A stretch of 64,000 nt of DNA from the human T2T-CHM13v2.0 reference genome, Homo sapiens. The translations under genes and the position numbers were made by a program. The stretch is from NCBI RefSeq assembly GCF_009914755.1, contig NC_060925.1. One strand, given 5' to 3'. The notes beneath the pieces are model-generated. The model worked only from the letters and a program-made list of their open reading frames with translations, was not told the DNA's origin and ran no database searches. Below, piece after piece: positions 1-18,958 of this stretch (positions are counted from its first letter, which is position 1; every line of letters starts with the position of its first letter).

Positions 1-120
1 TTAGCTTTTCTTCCAAACCTCTTCCTTGTTCTCCTGTATTAATGTATATCCGTATACCAAGTAACTGGGACTAGAAATCTAGGAACCATCCTTAACTCTT
101 TTTTCTCATATCCAATTTTC

Positions 121-393
121 TTTTTTCTTTGTTTTTTTTTTTTTTTTAGGGTCTCGCTCTGTCACCCAGGCTGGAATGCAGTGATGTGATCATGGGACTA
201 TGATCACATCATAGCTGGGACTATAGGCACATGCCACCACACCTGGCTAATTTTTTTTTTTTTTTTTTTTTTTTGTAGAGACAGGATTTCATCATGTTGT
301 CCAGTCTGGTCTTGAACTTCTGGGCTCAAGCTATCTGCCCTCCTTGGCCTCCTGAAGTGCTGGGATTACAGGCATGAGCCACTACGCCTGGCC
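121..393 (-). mobile_element. AluJ with rearranged right arm
   Basis: Antisense Alu with poly-T tail and linker; ~60 nt of the right arm replaced by a short templated insert; TSD ccaatttt. Confidence 0.9.
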
Positions 394-845
394 CCAATTT
401 TTAGTTTTACTTCCTAAAAATCCTTCTTGCCCATACTCACTTGATTGTCTTCCACTTTAAGTTCAGAATCATACTTCTCATCTAGAGCAGTGCTATGGTC
501 TGTTGACTTGTCTCCCTGCCTTTGACATCCCGCATTCACCTCCCTTCCACTCTTACACCAGAGAAATATGTCTCAAATAGAAAAGAAAATCTACTCAGGT
601 CACTTTCCTGCCTAATCCTTCAATAATTTCTCATTACCCATCAATAAAGATCACAGTTTTTTACATGACACCCAAGGCCTTCCATGACCTGGCGCCTGCC
701 TGCCTCATCCCCTGCTAGTCTTTTTATTTATGCCTCATCCAATGTCAACCATTCACAATTCCCCAAAGATGTTGTGCTCTTTCCTTCCTCTGTGCCTTTG
801 CATATACTGTCCTGTTTGCCTGGAATTCCCTTACTATCTTGTCTT

Positions 846-1115
846 GGAGGCAATATAATGCAATAATTAAGAACATAGACTCTGGAGCCAGACTGCCTTA
901 CTAAAATCCCAGCTCTGCTACTTACTACCTTCGTGACCTTGGTCAAGTTATTTAGCCTCTCTGTGTCCATCTTAATCTATAAAATGGGGATTAATAATAC
1001 CTGTTTTATAAGGTATTATGAAATTTGAGTGAGTCAACATATGTAAAGTGTTTGGTACAGAGTCTGGCCAATACTAAGTACTTTGTAAGTCTTTGCTATT
1101 ATTGTTATTATCATT
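846..1115 (+). mobile_element. MIR inserted in an L2 3' region (L2 roughly 400-845 and 1120-1430)
   Basis: gactctggagccagactgcc...gtgaccttggtcaagttatttagcctctctgtg core; flanks resemble the L2 3' end. Confidence 0.75.
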
Positions 1116-1430
1116 ACTTTATAAAATCCTATTCATCTCCCATGACCTAGTTCAAATCCTCTACTATTGGGCCCTTCCTGACCACCCTTTTGTCCCTGAG
1201 ACGCAGAGCCAATCTAATCACTCCCTTCTCTGAGCCATCCCTGTATATTAAACATGTCTGTATCATTGCACTTATTTGTGCTGTATCATGGTTGTTTCTT
1301 TACATGCCTGTGCCCCGCTATACTCTGAGCTTCTTGAAAGACTATGTCTCATTGATTTTGTGTCACTGGTTCCTGGCACAGGACTTGGCCTATAGTAGGC
1401 TGCAGTACATTTTTCTGAATGACCAAATGA

Positions 1431-1857
<427 letters not shown>

Positions 1858-2035
1858 TCTTGCTGTTCTTTGTATAAGCTCTTCCCTTCCATGCCTTCAG
1901 GGCTTCCTTGAACTTGATGCTTGTCCCTTTTCCTTGAAAGCCCTTCTGTTTCTTTTTACAGAGTCAATTTCTACCCATTTGTCAACCCACTCAAGAACTA
2001 CTTTGCCTATAAATCTTAGATTATAAACTCCATGA

Positions 2036-2361
<326 letters not shown>

Positions 2362-2888
2362 TGAGTATTTTATTTACTTCTCTGCCCTTGGACGTAGCAC
2401 AGTGCCTGACACATATTAAGTGGTCAATAAATATTTGTCAAATAAATGAATGTTGAAATGCTTTCTGGGTTCTCTAAGGGAGTTAATCCTTCCCTCATTA
2501 GTACTCTCAACGTTTGGTTCAAATATCTGTGGAAGCATTTACTTTACTGTATTGTAATTGTCTGATTACCTGTAGCTTTCTCCAATCCACTATGAATTCC
2601 TGAGACCCGGGACTGTAATATCTTATTATGTTCTGATCTGCTCCAAAACCTAACACAGTGCCTGCTACACTGTAGGTAAAATGTATTGAATAAACAGTAA
2701 TCATCTGTATTCTGGCATGCCGTTGTAGGGTTTTGATAGTAAAGTATTCTACAAATGTTGTGAAACAGCTTATGCCCAGCACAATGCTAAGTACTATAGA
2801 GAACATGAGAGAAACTTAAGATCAAAATACAAACCCTCATGAAACTTCCTGAAAAGTGATCAAATTATAAGAAGTTAATAAATAATGA

Positions 2889-3513
<625 letters not shown>

Positions 3514-3560
3514 TTACAGAATTGTCATATAGACAATAAGGGCTAAGAGGTAAGAGAAGA

Positions 3561-3885
<325 letters not shown>

Positions 3886-4379
3886 TTAGTCCCTGTTTTA
3901 GTGCCCAAAGAAGGCTATGTGGCAGGGCACCATAAAGGGACAGGAGGATTTGACTAGGTCTGATATACTCTAGGGAAGTAGTGACATATAACCATTCAAT
4001 GAGTGGTATGTGCTCTTCTGTTTCCTCTATGTATGCATGATGCTTGGTGTGTTCACAATGGCAAATTAAAAAGAAATTGAGTTAAATGTGAATGTTAGAA
4101 TCAGCTAGGTCCACTTTCTGCCAAGTGACTTCCAAACATGAGCATTATGTTTTAATGCCAAGAACCTACTAAATGTTTAAGCCTCAGTTTCCTCATCAGT
4201 AACATCAGAAATAACAGTACCCCATCTGCATGATTATTATGAGAGTGAAATAAATAAATTCATATTGAAAGGGCTAACCATTGTGCCTGGTATGTAGTAA
4301 AAACCAATAGTTTCCTCTTTTCATGTATGGAAAAGGAGGGGCTTGTATAGTAAAACCAAAGCTGAGGAGGAGGAGGATG

Positions 4380-4630
4380 ATAGTAGTAATAAGGATTACT
4401 ACTAACATTTATTGAGTCCATTTTTATGGTCCAGGCATTGTGCTAACTAATGCTTTACATATATTAACTCTTTAAATCTTAATAATAGCTTTGTGATATG
4501 TATGCTTTTATCATTTATATTTTACAGATGAAAAACTAAGGCACAGAGAGATTAAGTAGCTTGCTTGAAGTCATGTAGCCATTAGTGGCAAAGTTGGGAT
4601 TTGAACTAGATAATCTGGGTTCATAGTCTG
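4380..4630 (-). mobile_element. MIR
   Basis: ttttacagatgaaaaactaaggcacagagagattaagtagcttgc core in antisense orientation. Confidence 0.75.
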
Positions 4631-6282
4631 TCCCCTATAGATAGGGTGAGCTGGAAAAAAAAAAAAGTGGAAGTTTCTGAATGCCAAACTGAAGAGGTAT
4701 AAAAATCTTGGAATATTAGGACCATTGTACTTCTGTTATCAGTATATATTACAAGTAATTTTGCCATAGGTGTATCACATTCTATAAAAGTGATTCTCAA
4801 TAGAGCTCATGTAATGTCCATTTAAGTGGTAAAGGTTAATTTGGTTAATCTCTTTTTACTCCCTTAAGAGGAAGTGATTTCTTCTGTTGGTTGCAATAAG
4901 AGAATTTTTTAAATTAAAAGGTCCTAGAGTATACTCATTCTTTTAGGTTCATCACTTCAGAAGGTTCTATGAACCTTTCCTGCCTTTGTAGGATCAACTA
5001 GCCAATATGTTGCCTCCTGCCCCCACCAGTGGAATGGTGCCCACGTAACTGCTTATGAGTGAATCATTTTCCCTAATTGGTTTTGTCAAACCTGACATTT
5101 CAGCAATCCACAACTGTAAAACCAGATGGTATATTGGAAAGCACATCTTCTTTCTGGCAATAACTATTCTACTCCTCATTGTAGTGTCCTTATTGATATT
5201 TTGTGTCCATTTCTCTTGTTCCTCCAAATAATTTGAGCAATCTATTTTCTGGCCCATAGTTAGAGATTGAGACATTTCTTGATATATATGGAATTCTTTT
5301 GCTCTTGAATAGACTGATGTTTTTCCTATTCCTGACCTAAAATTTCATATCTGAAAACTGTACTGTACTTAGTCCTTGAAGGTAGAAATAGTTTTGTTCA
5401 GTTACACCTACTGTGCACTGGGGATAGTGAGATAAATGAGAAATGGTTCCAGCCCTTAAGGGAAAGACAGCCTTGTCGATGGTAAGTATTTGCAGAAAGC
5501 ATAGATGCAATAATAGGAGTCTATACAAGTTGCAGAGGGACGCAAAGTGGAGTATGGTAAAATGTGGTAAAGGAGAGGCAAGAAAGGCTTCATAGAAGAC
5601 ATGATGCTTGAAGAGAGTCTTAAAAAATGAATAAGTATTTATCAGGTAAATGAGGTAAAGAAAGAACATCCCAGGCAAAGGTATGAAATTCAAAAGGAAG
5701 CTGTAAATAGTTTGGCGTATCTGGAGCAAATGATGAGACTGAAAAGAATGTCAGGAGCCAAGTCATGGAAGGCCTTTTATGCCATGCTAAAGAGTTTGGA
5801 CTTCTTTAGTTCCATATGTTGATATTATCTGATGTGGAACTCTTAACCTGATTCCAGCCATGCAGAAATGCTGGATTAAAAGTCTCCAATACAGAGCTGA
5901 GCTTGAAAGCAAGAAAGGGAAATCCTTAGGTGCCAGGAAGAGAGAGGAAAGCAAAATCAGAGCTGTAAATGGGAGCTGAAGCTAAATAGTTCCAGGGAAC
6001 ATTGAATCCAGATATAATGCTTAGGGGCTGGGATTTTAAGGCCAGTATGGATGGGAGATAAGACCTCGGGCTAATGTGATGTGGGGAGCTAGAATTGATC
6101 TCCTATGTGAAGCTGGAAGCCGAAACAGGACTACCATATGTTTGTGAGAAATGAGCTAGAAAAATTCCATCCACTGGTCCAGGGAAGCAGATTGTTACCT
6201 TCTCAGGGTCTTAGATGGAAAAAGAGTGGACAATAATAATAAATTAGAACCACACTCTTATTACCATGCATGAATATGTGTA

Positions 6283-6850
6283 CAGTCATCTCTCAGTATC
6301 TGTAGGGGATTGGTTCCAGGACCCCCACTACAGGTGCCAAAATCCACTAATGCTCATGTCTGTTATATGGAGTGGTGTGCTATTTGCCTATACTCTATAT
6401 AGATCTTCTTGTATAGTCTAAATCATTTCTAGATTACTATACAGGTTGAGCATCCTAATCTGAAATCAGAATGTCACAAAATCCAACACTTTTGAGTGCC
6501 AACATGGTACCCAAAGGAAATGCTCATGAGAACATTTTGGACTTTGAATTTTTGGATTAGGGATGCTCAACCAGTACGTATAATGCAAATATCGAAAAAT
6601 CCCAAATCCCAAATCCCAAACATTTCTGGCCCCAACCGTTTTGGATAAGGGATACTCAATCTGTAATACCTAATACAATGTAAATGCTTTGTAAGTAGTT
6701 TTTATACTGTATTGTTAATGGAATAGTGACAAGGAAAAAAGTCTCTATGTGTTCAGTACAGATGCAGCCATCTATTTTTTTAAAAATACTTTTGACCTAT
6801 GGTTGGTTGAATCCACAGATGTGAAACCTGCCAATCCAGAAGGCTAGCTG
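6283..6850. mobile_element. MER2 (Tigger-family DNA transposon) containing a nested Tigger4a/MER46-type element at 6442-6663
   Basis: Outer element TA|cagtcatctctcagtatctgtaggggattggttccaggaccccc...ctagctg|TA. Inner element TA|caggttgagcatcc...ggatactcaatctg|TA, with terminal inverted repeats and TA duplication. Confidence 0.8.
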
Positions 6851-7166
6851 TAGTTAAATTCACTCTATTTTCAAAACTGAAAAAAATTAATATAAAAACT
6901 GGCCTAGAACTGAGAAAATTCAAATCTTGGCAAAGGCAAATGTGAGATTTCTCTATTAAGACACTTCATATTCTAGAATGCAGAGGACTTTCATAGAACA
7001 GAATCCCCTGTAAGGATAAACTAATGGTCAGAAATTACAAAGTCTATAAGAAAATAAATTAGCAAGGGAGAGAATGAACAGACAGATGTAAGTAATAGAA
7101 TTTCTACTCCAAGAAGTAGAGATAAGAAAACAATCTCAAAGAGACCTTAAATATGTTTAAAATGTT

Positions 7167-7974
<808 letters not shown>

Positions 7975-8301
7975 TGTTCACAGAGATAAAGGAATGGAAA
8001 CCATAAGATAAGAACAGAATAGTATGAAAAGAGAACAGGTAAGTTTGGAGAAGAAGAAAAACAGAACTTGTCCAATGAAAAAATATCATTATTGAAGCAG
8101 AAACACATCAAACAGGTTAAACATAGGCAAGCCATAGCTAAAAAGAGAAATATTTAGGATTTCTAAAGAAGTAACTTAGTATGTATCATACAGAAATGAA
8201 GAGACAGAAATATGAAAGAGAAAAGTACATAAGGGATAGGCAGAGAAGCCATGGAATTGGGGTTTCTGAAGTAGAGGCTTGTGAGGAGAATACTGGTATC
8301 A

Positions 8302-8632
<331 letters not shown>

Positions 8633-8699
8633 TAAGGGTAAACACTCAAATCATAGAAATATAATAAGTAACTTCCAAACCATAGAGGGAAAAAAAAGG

Positions 8700-9185
8700 G
8701 GCTGGGCACAGTGGCTCACACTTGTAATCCATGTGCTTTCAGAGGCTGAGGTGAGGGGATCAGTTGAGGCCAGGAGTTTGACTGGGCAACAGAGTGAGAC
8801 CCCATGTCTACAAAAAATACAAAAATTAGCCAGGTGTGGTGATGCATGCCTGCAGTCCCAGCTACTCGGGAAGCTGAAGCAGAAGAATTGCTTGAACAGG
8901 TTGGGGGAGAGGGGGGCGGAGGTTGCAGTGAGCCGAGATTGTGCCATTGCACTCCAGCCTGGGCGACAGAACAAGACTTCTTCTCAGAAACAACAACAAC
9001 AAAAATTAGCCAGGCGTGGTGGCATGCGCCTGTACTCCCAGCTACTCGGGAAGCTGGCAGGAGGATTGCTTGAGCCCTGGAGTTGAAGGCTACAGTGAGC
9101 TATGATTGTTACCACTGCACCCAGCCTGTGCAACAGAGTGAGACCCCATCTATAAAAAACAAAAAAAGGAAAAAGGAAAAAAATA
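8700..9185 (+). mobile_element. Three-arm composite Alu (left arm plus two right arms) within old L1M sequence
   Basis: Left monomer to ~8820, S-like right monomer to ~9000 ending in (CAA)n, J-like right monomer to ~9185. Confidence 0.85.
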
Positions 9186-9749
9186 GATTAAAGAAAACTG
9201 TTAAAAAGAAGATACGAAAGAAGAAAAAAAGAAGAGAAAATATGTTCAAATATATCAGTAATCATAATAAACACAAATGGATTAAACATGCCTATTAAAA
9301 GATAGAGATTCTCAGATTGGAATAGGAGGCAGGGAGCAAAATAAAGCAGCCACAGGCTATGTAAAGTGTAATGACCCAGAGAAGTTGAAAGTAAAGAGAT
9401 GAAGACAATATACAAAAAACTGTCATAGACAGGAGTTCATTGAAACAATGTTTGTAACATGTAAAATATGGGGAAAGAAACTGCCTAATAGGGGAATAGT
9501 TTTAAAATTCTAAGACATTTGTGTATAAAAATAATGGAATACTATCCAATATTATTAAAACAGATCAACCAACCGGGATTATATGTTTCAGTTTGGATAA
9601 ATCAATAAAATACATTGGTAAAAAAGGCATGATATTTGCACTTTCTTCCTATTCAAAATTTCCCTTTGGCTTTATTGATTTATTTTTCATACAGTTTAAC
9701 ACTAATATCATTTTATATTGTAACAGATCATAGAAAAAGACTGTCTCAG

Positions 9750-10640
9750 TTTTTACTAATACCCCTAAAGACCGAGAACAAAGCAGTAGGTATCAAGTGA
9801 TATTTCCCAATGAGATTCTGGACCATCTATACAGAAGGCAATACCTGAAGACCAGTTTTGGGATCCTGAACCCATCACCCACCATAAGCCATAAAGTAGG
9901 TTGAAGTTAAAGGAAGAGGGGAGAGAGAATTCCTTTGGATGAAGCAAGAGTGCCACGATATTTTTTCACTTGGAGAACTTGACTTTAGTTCCTGGGGTTG
10001 GTGGACAGAGATCAGTCTCTGCCTAGGAAAGTCTAAAGACAGAGAGTGGCTGACTGATGTCAAAAGGAGAAGTGGGTATATTGGGAGGGCTGTTACCCGC
10101 CGAATTCTTTAGGACAAAGATGTGGGCAAGTGTGGGAGAAAATACTGGGTGGCCTGGAGTTGAATGAAAATTGATGGGTCCACAAAGATACTTGGAAGGA
10201 CACTGGGATCCCTATAGGGAGAGCCTGTGGGAGGTGGGTTGCCAAAAACTGGGGAAGCGGGAGGACTTGTGGATGGCTGGCAGAAGGAGACAGTGCCCAC
10301 AGTATGGGAACTCAACAGTGGGAGCTTTCCAAGGAACTGCAAAAGTAACCTATACGAGAAAAAGAAAGTCAGCTTTCAACATCTGCCAAGTCCAGGTAGT
10401 ACTAAAACCTGATTAGCATAGTATCACTATGTTAAAGTAAGGCTTTTCCTTCCCCTTTCCTCTTTTCCTTTTCCTGGCTTTGAACCTGGAAGGGTCAGAA
10501 ACCAAACCAAACAAGTGGATTGGAGAGGAAGAGAAGCAAAGTTGGAGTGAGAGGGAAATCAAACACCCTTCTCCCACCATAGGCTTCTAGGCTGGAAGCA
10601 GACACCAGCCAAGGGAGAGAGATAAGACTTTTTTGTTGTT
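9750..10640 (+). mobile_element. Possible ancient LTR fragment (MamGypLTR-like)
   Basis: ggcttctaggctggaagcagac...gggagagagataagactttt resembles recalled MamGypLTR sequence; highly diverged. Confidence 0.3.
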
Positions 10641-11658
10641 GCTTTTATCAAACTATCATATAGAAAATGCATGTAGAAAACTGCACAAATTGTAAGTATA
10701 TATGAGGAATTTTCACAATAAACACACCAGCATCCAGATCAAAAAACAGTATTACCAGAATCCCAGAATCCCCTTCAATTCCCGAACTGTGCCCACCTCC
10801 CTCAGATAATAACAATCCAAGATGAGATTTTTTTGTGTGTAGTTGTAAAAGCAAATTAAAAGTCTCCCACTTTACTTTTTAAAAAATTATTAGTGGAATA
10901 ATTTCAATACTATAGAAAAGTTTGCAACACAGTGTGAAGAACTTTACCATCTCCTTTACCCAGATTCTTTAACTGTTAATTTTTTATACTTAATGGAAAG
11001 ATGCATATCAACTTTAAGATGGTACATAGTTTCTTCTAGGAAGGGAAAGAGGGGAATGAGTTGATGCAGGGTACAAAGGTACTTAAACTTTATAATGTTT
11101 TATTATTTTATGTGAAATGGCAAAGTGTTCATTTTTTCCATTATAAATAGTGGGTTACTCTCTGTATCTTTCTATGTGTTTGAAGTTTTAAAAAATTATT
11201 TGAACAAGAGAGAGTTTTGAATTTTATCCTCTAGGAAGTGGGGAACTACTGAAGTGTGCTTTTGATTGTTGACATAAACATGTCTATGACTTCCCTGCTC
11301 GCTGTTCTTGCCTATGAATTAAGACACTCTTAAGTGAGCTATAGAGTTGATTCACCTCAGCATTGTTTTTCTCTTCTCATCCTTATTGCCTCTCACTGCT
11401 AAGTGCCCAGTGGTGTCTGAGATGGTAAAATTAAAACTTGTACTTTTCCTAATAGATGCACCTCTCTTCCTGATTTGCACTAAGCCGTACCTGCTTTTAA
11501 GCAATTACCCATCATTTGGGGCCATCAGATGCACTGTACTTTGGTTCAGGTCATAATCAATAATTCATATGTCAATAGGAGCCCCATTAGCTCAGGTGAA
11601 GGCAGATGTCTTTCTAATGAAAATGTTCCATTTTCCAAATGACTTTTCTTTTTCCCAG

Positions 11659-11800
11659 AGAGTTGTGGTTGTAGAAGACATAAAAAGATGGAAAACTATG
11701 CTGGAGCTTCCTGATCAAACCAAAGAGAATCTTGTTGAAGCCTTACAAGAATTAAAGAAGAAAATACCCTCCAGGGAAGTGTTAAAATCAACAAGGATAG
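11659..11800 (+). CDS. TCEANC2: TCEANC2 internal coding exon (first in window; start of TFIIS N-terminal domain), 142 nt, phase 0 to phase 1
   Basis: Encodes [48 protein letters not shown]. Acceptor gacttttctttttcccAG ends at 11658, branch-like ctaat at 11614-11618, donor TAG|GTATAT at 11801. Peptide recognised as TCEANC2. Confidence 0.96.
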
Positions 11801-12228
11801 GTATATTCCTTCTTAATTTTATTTTTTAAGAAAGCTTATATTTTGTCTCCCTTCTTCTTTCCTTCCTCTCTCCTTCAAACATGAAGTTATCTGCCTTATC
11901 AATGCTTTCAACTCTCTGGTAAAGGACTGTTGTTTAAAAAATTATCTGTTGGTTGCAGGCCAATACCTTGGTAATATATTAAAAAAATTATCAGAAAAAT
12001 GAAATATACAAAATACAAGCCCCAGTTTTTAAAATTAGATTCAACAGATATAGGATTACTCTTGTCAAATTACTATGAAAGTTTCTAAATGCTTACATTT
12101 AATTTATGTACTTACTTCATGGACTGGAAACTGGCAATAACACATGGATAACATTTTGAGTGTGTTAGATGCTGGGTATGCAGAAATGGATAAGACATGA
12201 TTTGTGACCTCAAGAAACTTAGGATTTG

Positions 12229-12626
<398 letters not shown>

Positions 12627-14097
12627 CTAATCTAAACAAGGTATATACTGGGGACTTCAGAAAAGGCTTCATAGAAGAGGTGACATTTCAGTTACATCTT
12701 GATATTATAGCATTGGAGATATTTAAAAGGTAAGTCAGGGACCATGTTGAATTGCCATTTTAGTACAGTACACAACTGTGAATAATACGTAAGGGAGGGC
12801 CAACATGTGTTACTCAAGCTGCTCCCAGCTCCCCAGGGAGTCCAGGACAGTCATTCACAGCTGCTGTTCTTGCCCTCACTAGTGCAGCCATTGCCTTGGT
12901 CTGCCTCCCCTTGACCTCTTGTTCATGAGAAGCAGGAGAGAGAGCAGCTTCAGAACTGGCACTAACAGCTGGGAAGAGCTGTGCAAAATCCCCAGAGGGC
13001 CCCCCAAGAGTCTTAGAGTTGTACCCCTGTAATATAAACCAGAATCTGAGAAAATCAGATGCTTTAAGAATATAAGACCCTATCATTGTAGCCAAGGAGA
13101 TTCTCCCATCTGCTGCTGGATTTTGTCTTTATAGGTTATAATCACTAGGGGGCAATAAGACCATTCATATGAGCAGATAAAGTATTTCCACCAGTAGAGG
13201 GTACTAGTGATTACTAGTTTATGACATGTATATGTGTACATATGTATATGTATATAGTTAAGCACATTCCACAAATACTATATATGATCATAACTTAAAT
13301 ATCAACATAATAGGCCGGATTTGAAGGTTTTAAGATTATAATTAAAAAAATAATTTCTATTTGGTGTTCGAGTGTAATTGTGAGTATGCTTTCAAGAATG
13401 GGTATTTCTGATGTTTGGAGATTTCAATTCAAGGATCATAATGAAACCACAACAGGGCTTGACTTAGGAGGAACTGGAAACCATCCAACTTTGAGTTTTG
13501 ACTCTATCCCAAGCCTCCCCTAAACCTGAGGTTGTATGGAATATAGGAGTTTCTTGGTTTCTTTATAGTTACATCAGTTGCTATGCTGAAGATTTCATTT
13601 GGATCATTGCCTGAGAGTGTTTACATTTCTTCAACCTTTAGTCTTCCTGCCTTTTCCTATCCTGTGGGTTATAAGGGACAAATATTTACTGAGTACCTTT
13701 CCTGTGTTGGGAACTATATAGGCATAATAATGAAGGAGACAGATATTGTCCTGCCTTTTTGGAGCCTTAAGTCTAATAGAAACACAGTTTAACAAGACTT
13801 CATCATACAATGTGATGAGTGCTCTGATGATGGGGAGAAGTTAGCAAAATGACTATATGTGTTAGGAGTAGGGCAGAAGGTATTGAAGAATGTGTCAGGC
13901 CGGGGCACATCACGTGAGCTGTATAGAAGGTGGAGGTGGGAGAGAACATGGTGCATTCCAGAAACTAAAAGTAGTTTGGCGTGTTAGAAATGTAATGTGC
14001 TTGAGAGAGCGTGGCAAGAAATGAGGCTGGAGAGACATTCTGGACCAGATGGAGAAGGTTCTTTGTAAGCCATTCAGAACTGTTTGGTCTTGGCATA

Positions 14098-14621
14098 TGT
14101 ATTAGTTATCTATCACTGTGTAAAAATTACTCTAAAATTTAGCTGCTGAAGACAATATTTATTTTTTCACACAATTTTTTTAAGTTGAGAATCCAGGAGC
14201 AGCTTATCTGGGTGGTTCTAGCACAGGGTCTCTTATGAGGTTGCAGTCAAGCTGCTGGCTGGGGTTGCAGTCATCTGAAGGCTGGACCAGGGCTTAAGGA
14301 TCTGCTTCCAAAATGGCTCACAGGATTGCTGGCAGGAGGCCTCAGTTTCTCATCATGTGGGCCTCTCCTTGGAGCTGCTCATGACATGGCAGCTGACTTT
14401 CCCCAGAACAAGTGATCCAGGAAAGAACAAGAAAACAAGAGAACAACCAAGATGGAAGCCACGGTCTTTTATAACCTAATCTCAGAAGTGATATATCATC
14501 AGTTTTGTCATATGCTATTGGTCACACAGACCAACGCCGATACAGTTTGGAAGGCAACATAAGGGTATGAATACCAGGAGGTGATAATCATTGAAGCCTA
14601 ACTTGTAGACTGGCTACCATA
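14098..14621 (-). mobile_element. MaLR LTR (MLT1F-like)
   Basis: tgtattagttatctat...agggtctcttatgaggttgcagtcaag...gaataccaggagg...ggctaccata. Confidence 0.75.
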
Positions 14622-14710
14622 GCCTGTATTTCTTTTTATTTATCTTAGATACATTATACTTCCTGGACCTGCAAATTCATGTTCCATTTTGAAAATTTAC
14701 AGCAATTATC

Positions 14711-15013
14711 TTTTATTTTTATTTTTTTTTTTGAGACAGGGTCTTTCTGTGTCACCCAGGCTGAAGTGCAGTGGCACAATCACAGCTCACCGCAGCCTTG
14801 ACCTCCCGGGCTCAAGTGATCCCCCCACCTCAGCCCCCCAAGTAGGTAGGACTGCGGGTATGCACCAACACATCCAGCTAATGTTTGTATTTTTTGTAGA
14901 GATAGGGTCTCGCTAAGTTGCCCAGGGTGGTCTCAAACTCCTGGGCTCAAGCAGTCTTCTCATCTCAGCTTCCCAAAGTGCTGGGATTACATGTGTGAGC
15001 CACTATGCCTGGC
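14711..15013 (-). mobile_element. AluJ
   Basis: Antisense Alu with J-type diagnostics. Confidence 0.9.
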
Positions 15014-15258
15014 AACAACAATTATTTCTTCAAAAGTTACTCTCTTTCGTTATTTCTGTTGCCTCCTTCTGAGATTCTATAATTAGAAGCATATTAGGTC
15101 TTCTGTTCTTCATACCCTTTAGTTTATCTATTTTTTATCTCCTTGTCTGACTCAGCATTGTGTGGTAATGTCTTCAGATACGTATCTTCCAAGTCACTCA
15201 TTCTCTCTTCAGCTGACTCTAATCTGCTATTTAGCCCATTTGTTCTTTATTTCAATAA

Positions 15259-15641
<383 letters not shown>

Positions 15642-15836
15642 CCAAAATGTTTTTTATAAATTTTTTTTTGGTGCATTCTTGTGATTTTGCCTTTTATTTC
15701 TTAAACATTTAATATCTAGTTCTTCTGTATTCATCTGACTATTCTAATATTTATGGTTCTTGGGGATTTAAATCTGTTATTTATTGTTTCTGCTGACTGA
15801 TGGTACTTGCCTTCCCATGTGCTTATTGATTTTTAA

Positions 15837-16169
<333 letters not shown>

Positions 16170-16499
16170 TGTATTTCTATCTGTAGGAATTCTGTGGGGC
16201 TAAATTGAGAAGCTTCCCTCCAAAGGGGATTAACTTCTTTTGTTTCTGCCAATAATCAGAGGCCATCTCTGACCTGGAATACTTTAGCACACCTCTTAAG
16301 GATCTTACCTCAGTATGAGAGTCCCAGCTCCCCTCCTCGCTACTGGCCCACAGCTAAGTATTTCAGCAGCATTGCTATTGATATCAGCCCTTAGGATAAC
16401 CCCACCCCTCCCTGAGTGCACCCTTCTAGCCTCTGCTAACTTTTTTGTTGGGGTTAGGTGGCTTTTATCCAGGATCTAGTAATACTGCAGTGAAAGAGT

Positions 16500-17950
<1,451 letters not shown>

Positions 17951-18454
17951 ATGAGGATTAGCAAGAGCCTTGGATCATCATTTGATCTGTGTTTTATAGA
18001 ATCTATATTCATTCATTCATTCAACACATACTGAGTACCTTCCTTGTCCTATGCCTTATGCTGGGTGCTACAGAATAATGCATGGTTCATGTTTGTAAGG
18101 CGCCCACATTCTCTGGAGAAATAGGCATTCAGGTGTATAATAATGATTGACGTGAAAATGCTAAAATCAAGGGATGTACAAAGGTCTGTGGGAATACAGG
18201 GGAGACGGTGAATACTTTTGCTTAGGCAAGTGGAGAAGGGTTTTTATAGAAGAGATGGGACTTTGCTAGGTCAAAATGAGATCTGGCTCCTTGCAGGCAG
18301 AGACATGAGTAAAGGAATGGAGGCTTGAAAATCCTGAAAACATGCTAGAATGTAATATGCATGGCTAGAATGGGCAAGGGTGGATAGTGATTGGGCCTGA
18401 TTATAAAGAAACTTAAAAGCTAGCCATTAGGGTATGGACTTTTCCCAGATGCCA

Positions 18455-18634
18455 TTGTTTTCAAGTGTGGATTTCTTAGAACTGTGGTCCAGTGAGATGT
18501 TATTTGAAGAAAGTGTCCTGGGTTCAAATAAAGCTTGGAAAATGCCACATTACTATTTCCTCTCCTTTAGAGGTTTTCAGTATACTTTGTCATTTAATAG
18601 GCTAGATGAAATCCTACAATAAAGAAGCCTGTTT
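18455..18634. mobile_element. MER103-type hAT DNA transposon fragment
   Basis: ttttcaagtgtgg...ggttcaaataaagcttggaaaatgcc...aaatcctacaataaagaagcctgttt matches recalled MER103C. Confidence 0.6.
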
Positions 18635-18958
18635 GGCCAGGCACGGTGGCTCACACCTCTAATCCCAGCACTTTGGGAGGCGCAGGCAAGTGAATCACTT
18701 GAGGTCAGGAGTCTGGGACCAGCCTGGCCAACATGGTGAAACCTTGTCTTTACTAAAAATATAAAAATTAGCTGGGTGTGGTTGTGCGTGCCTGTAGTCC
18801 TAGCTACTCGGGAGGCTGAGGCAGGAGAACCCGGGAAGCTGAGGCAGGAGAACCCAGGAGGCAGAGGTTGCAATGAGCCAAGATCATGCCACCGCACTCC
18901 AGCTTGGGCAACAGAGCAAGAACTTGTCTCCAAAAAAAAAAAAAGAAGAAGAAGAAGA
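18635..18958 (+). mobile_element. AluS with internal 23-nt duplication
   Basis: gga(g/a)gctgaggcaggagaaccc(g/a) at 18811-18833 and 18834-18856; (GAA)n tail. Confidence 0.9.

Noticed and set aside
11656-11662. Tandem acceptor CAGAGAG
   Set aside because: The alternative AGs shift the frame by 2 or 4 nt and are GAG-type weak sites; not a NAGNAG and no evidence of use.
11569-11829. ORF-track N- and C-terminal extensions of TCEANC2 exons (also 31403-31499)
   Set aside because: Intronic read-through beyond clear AG/GT boundaries, including translated polypyrimidine tracts.
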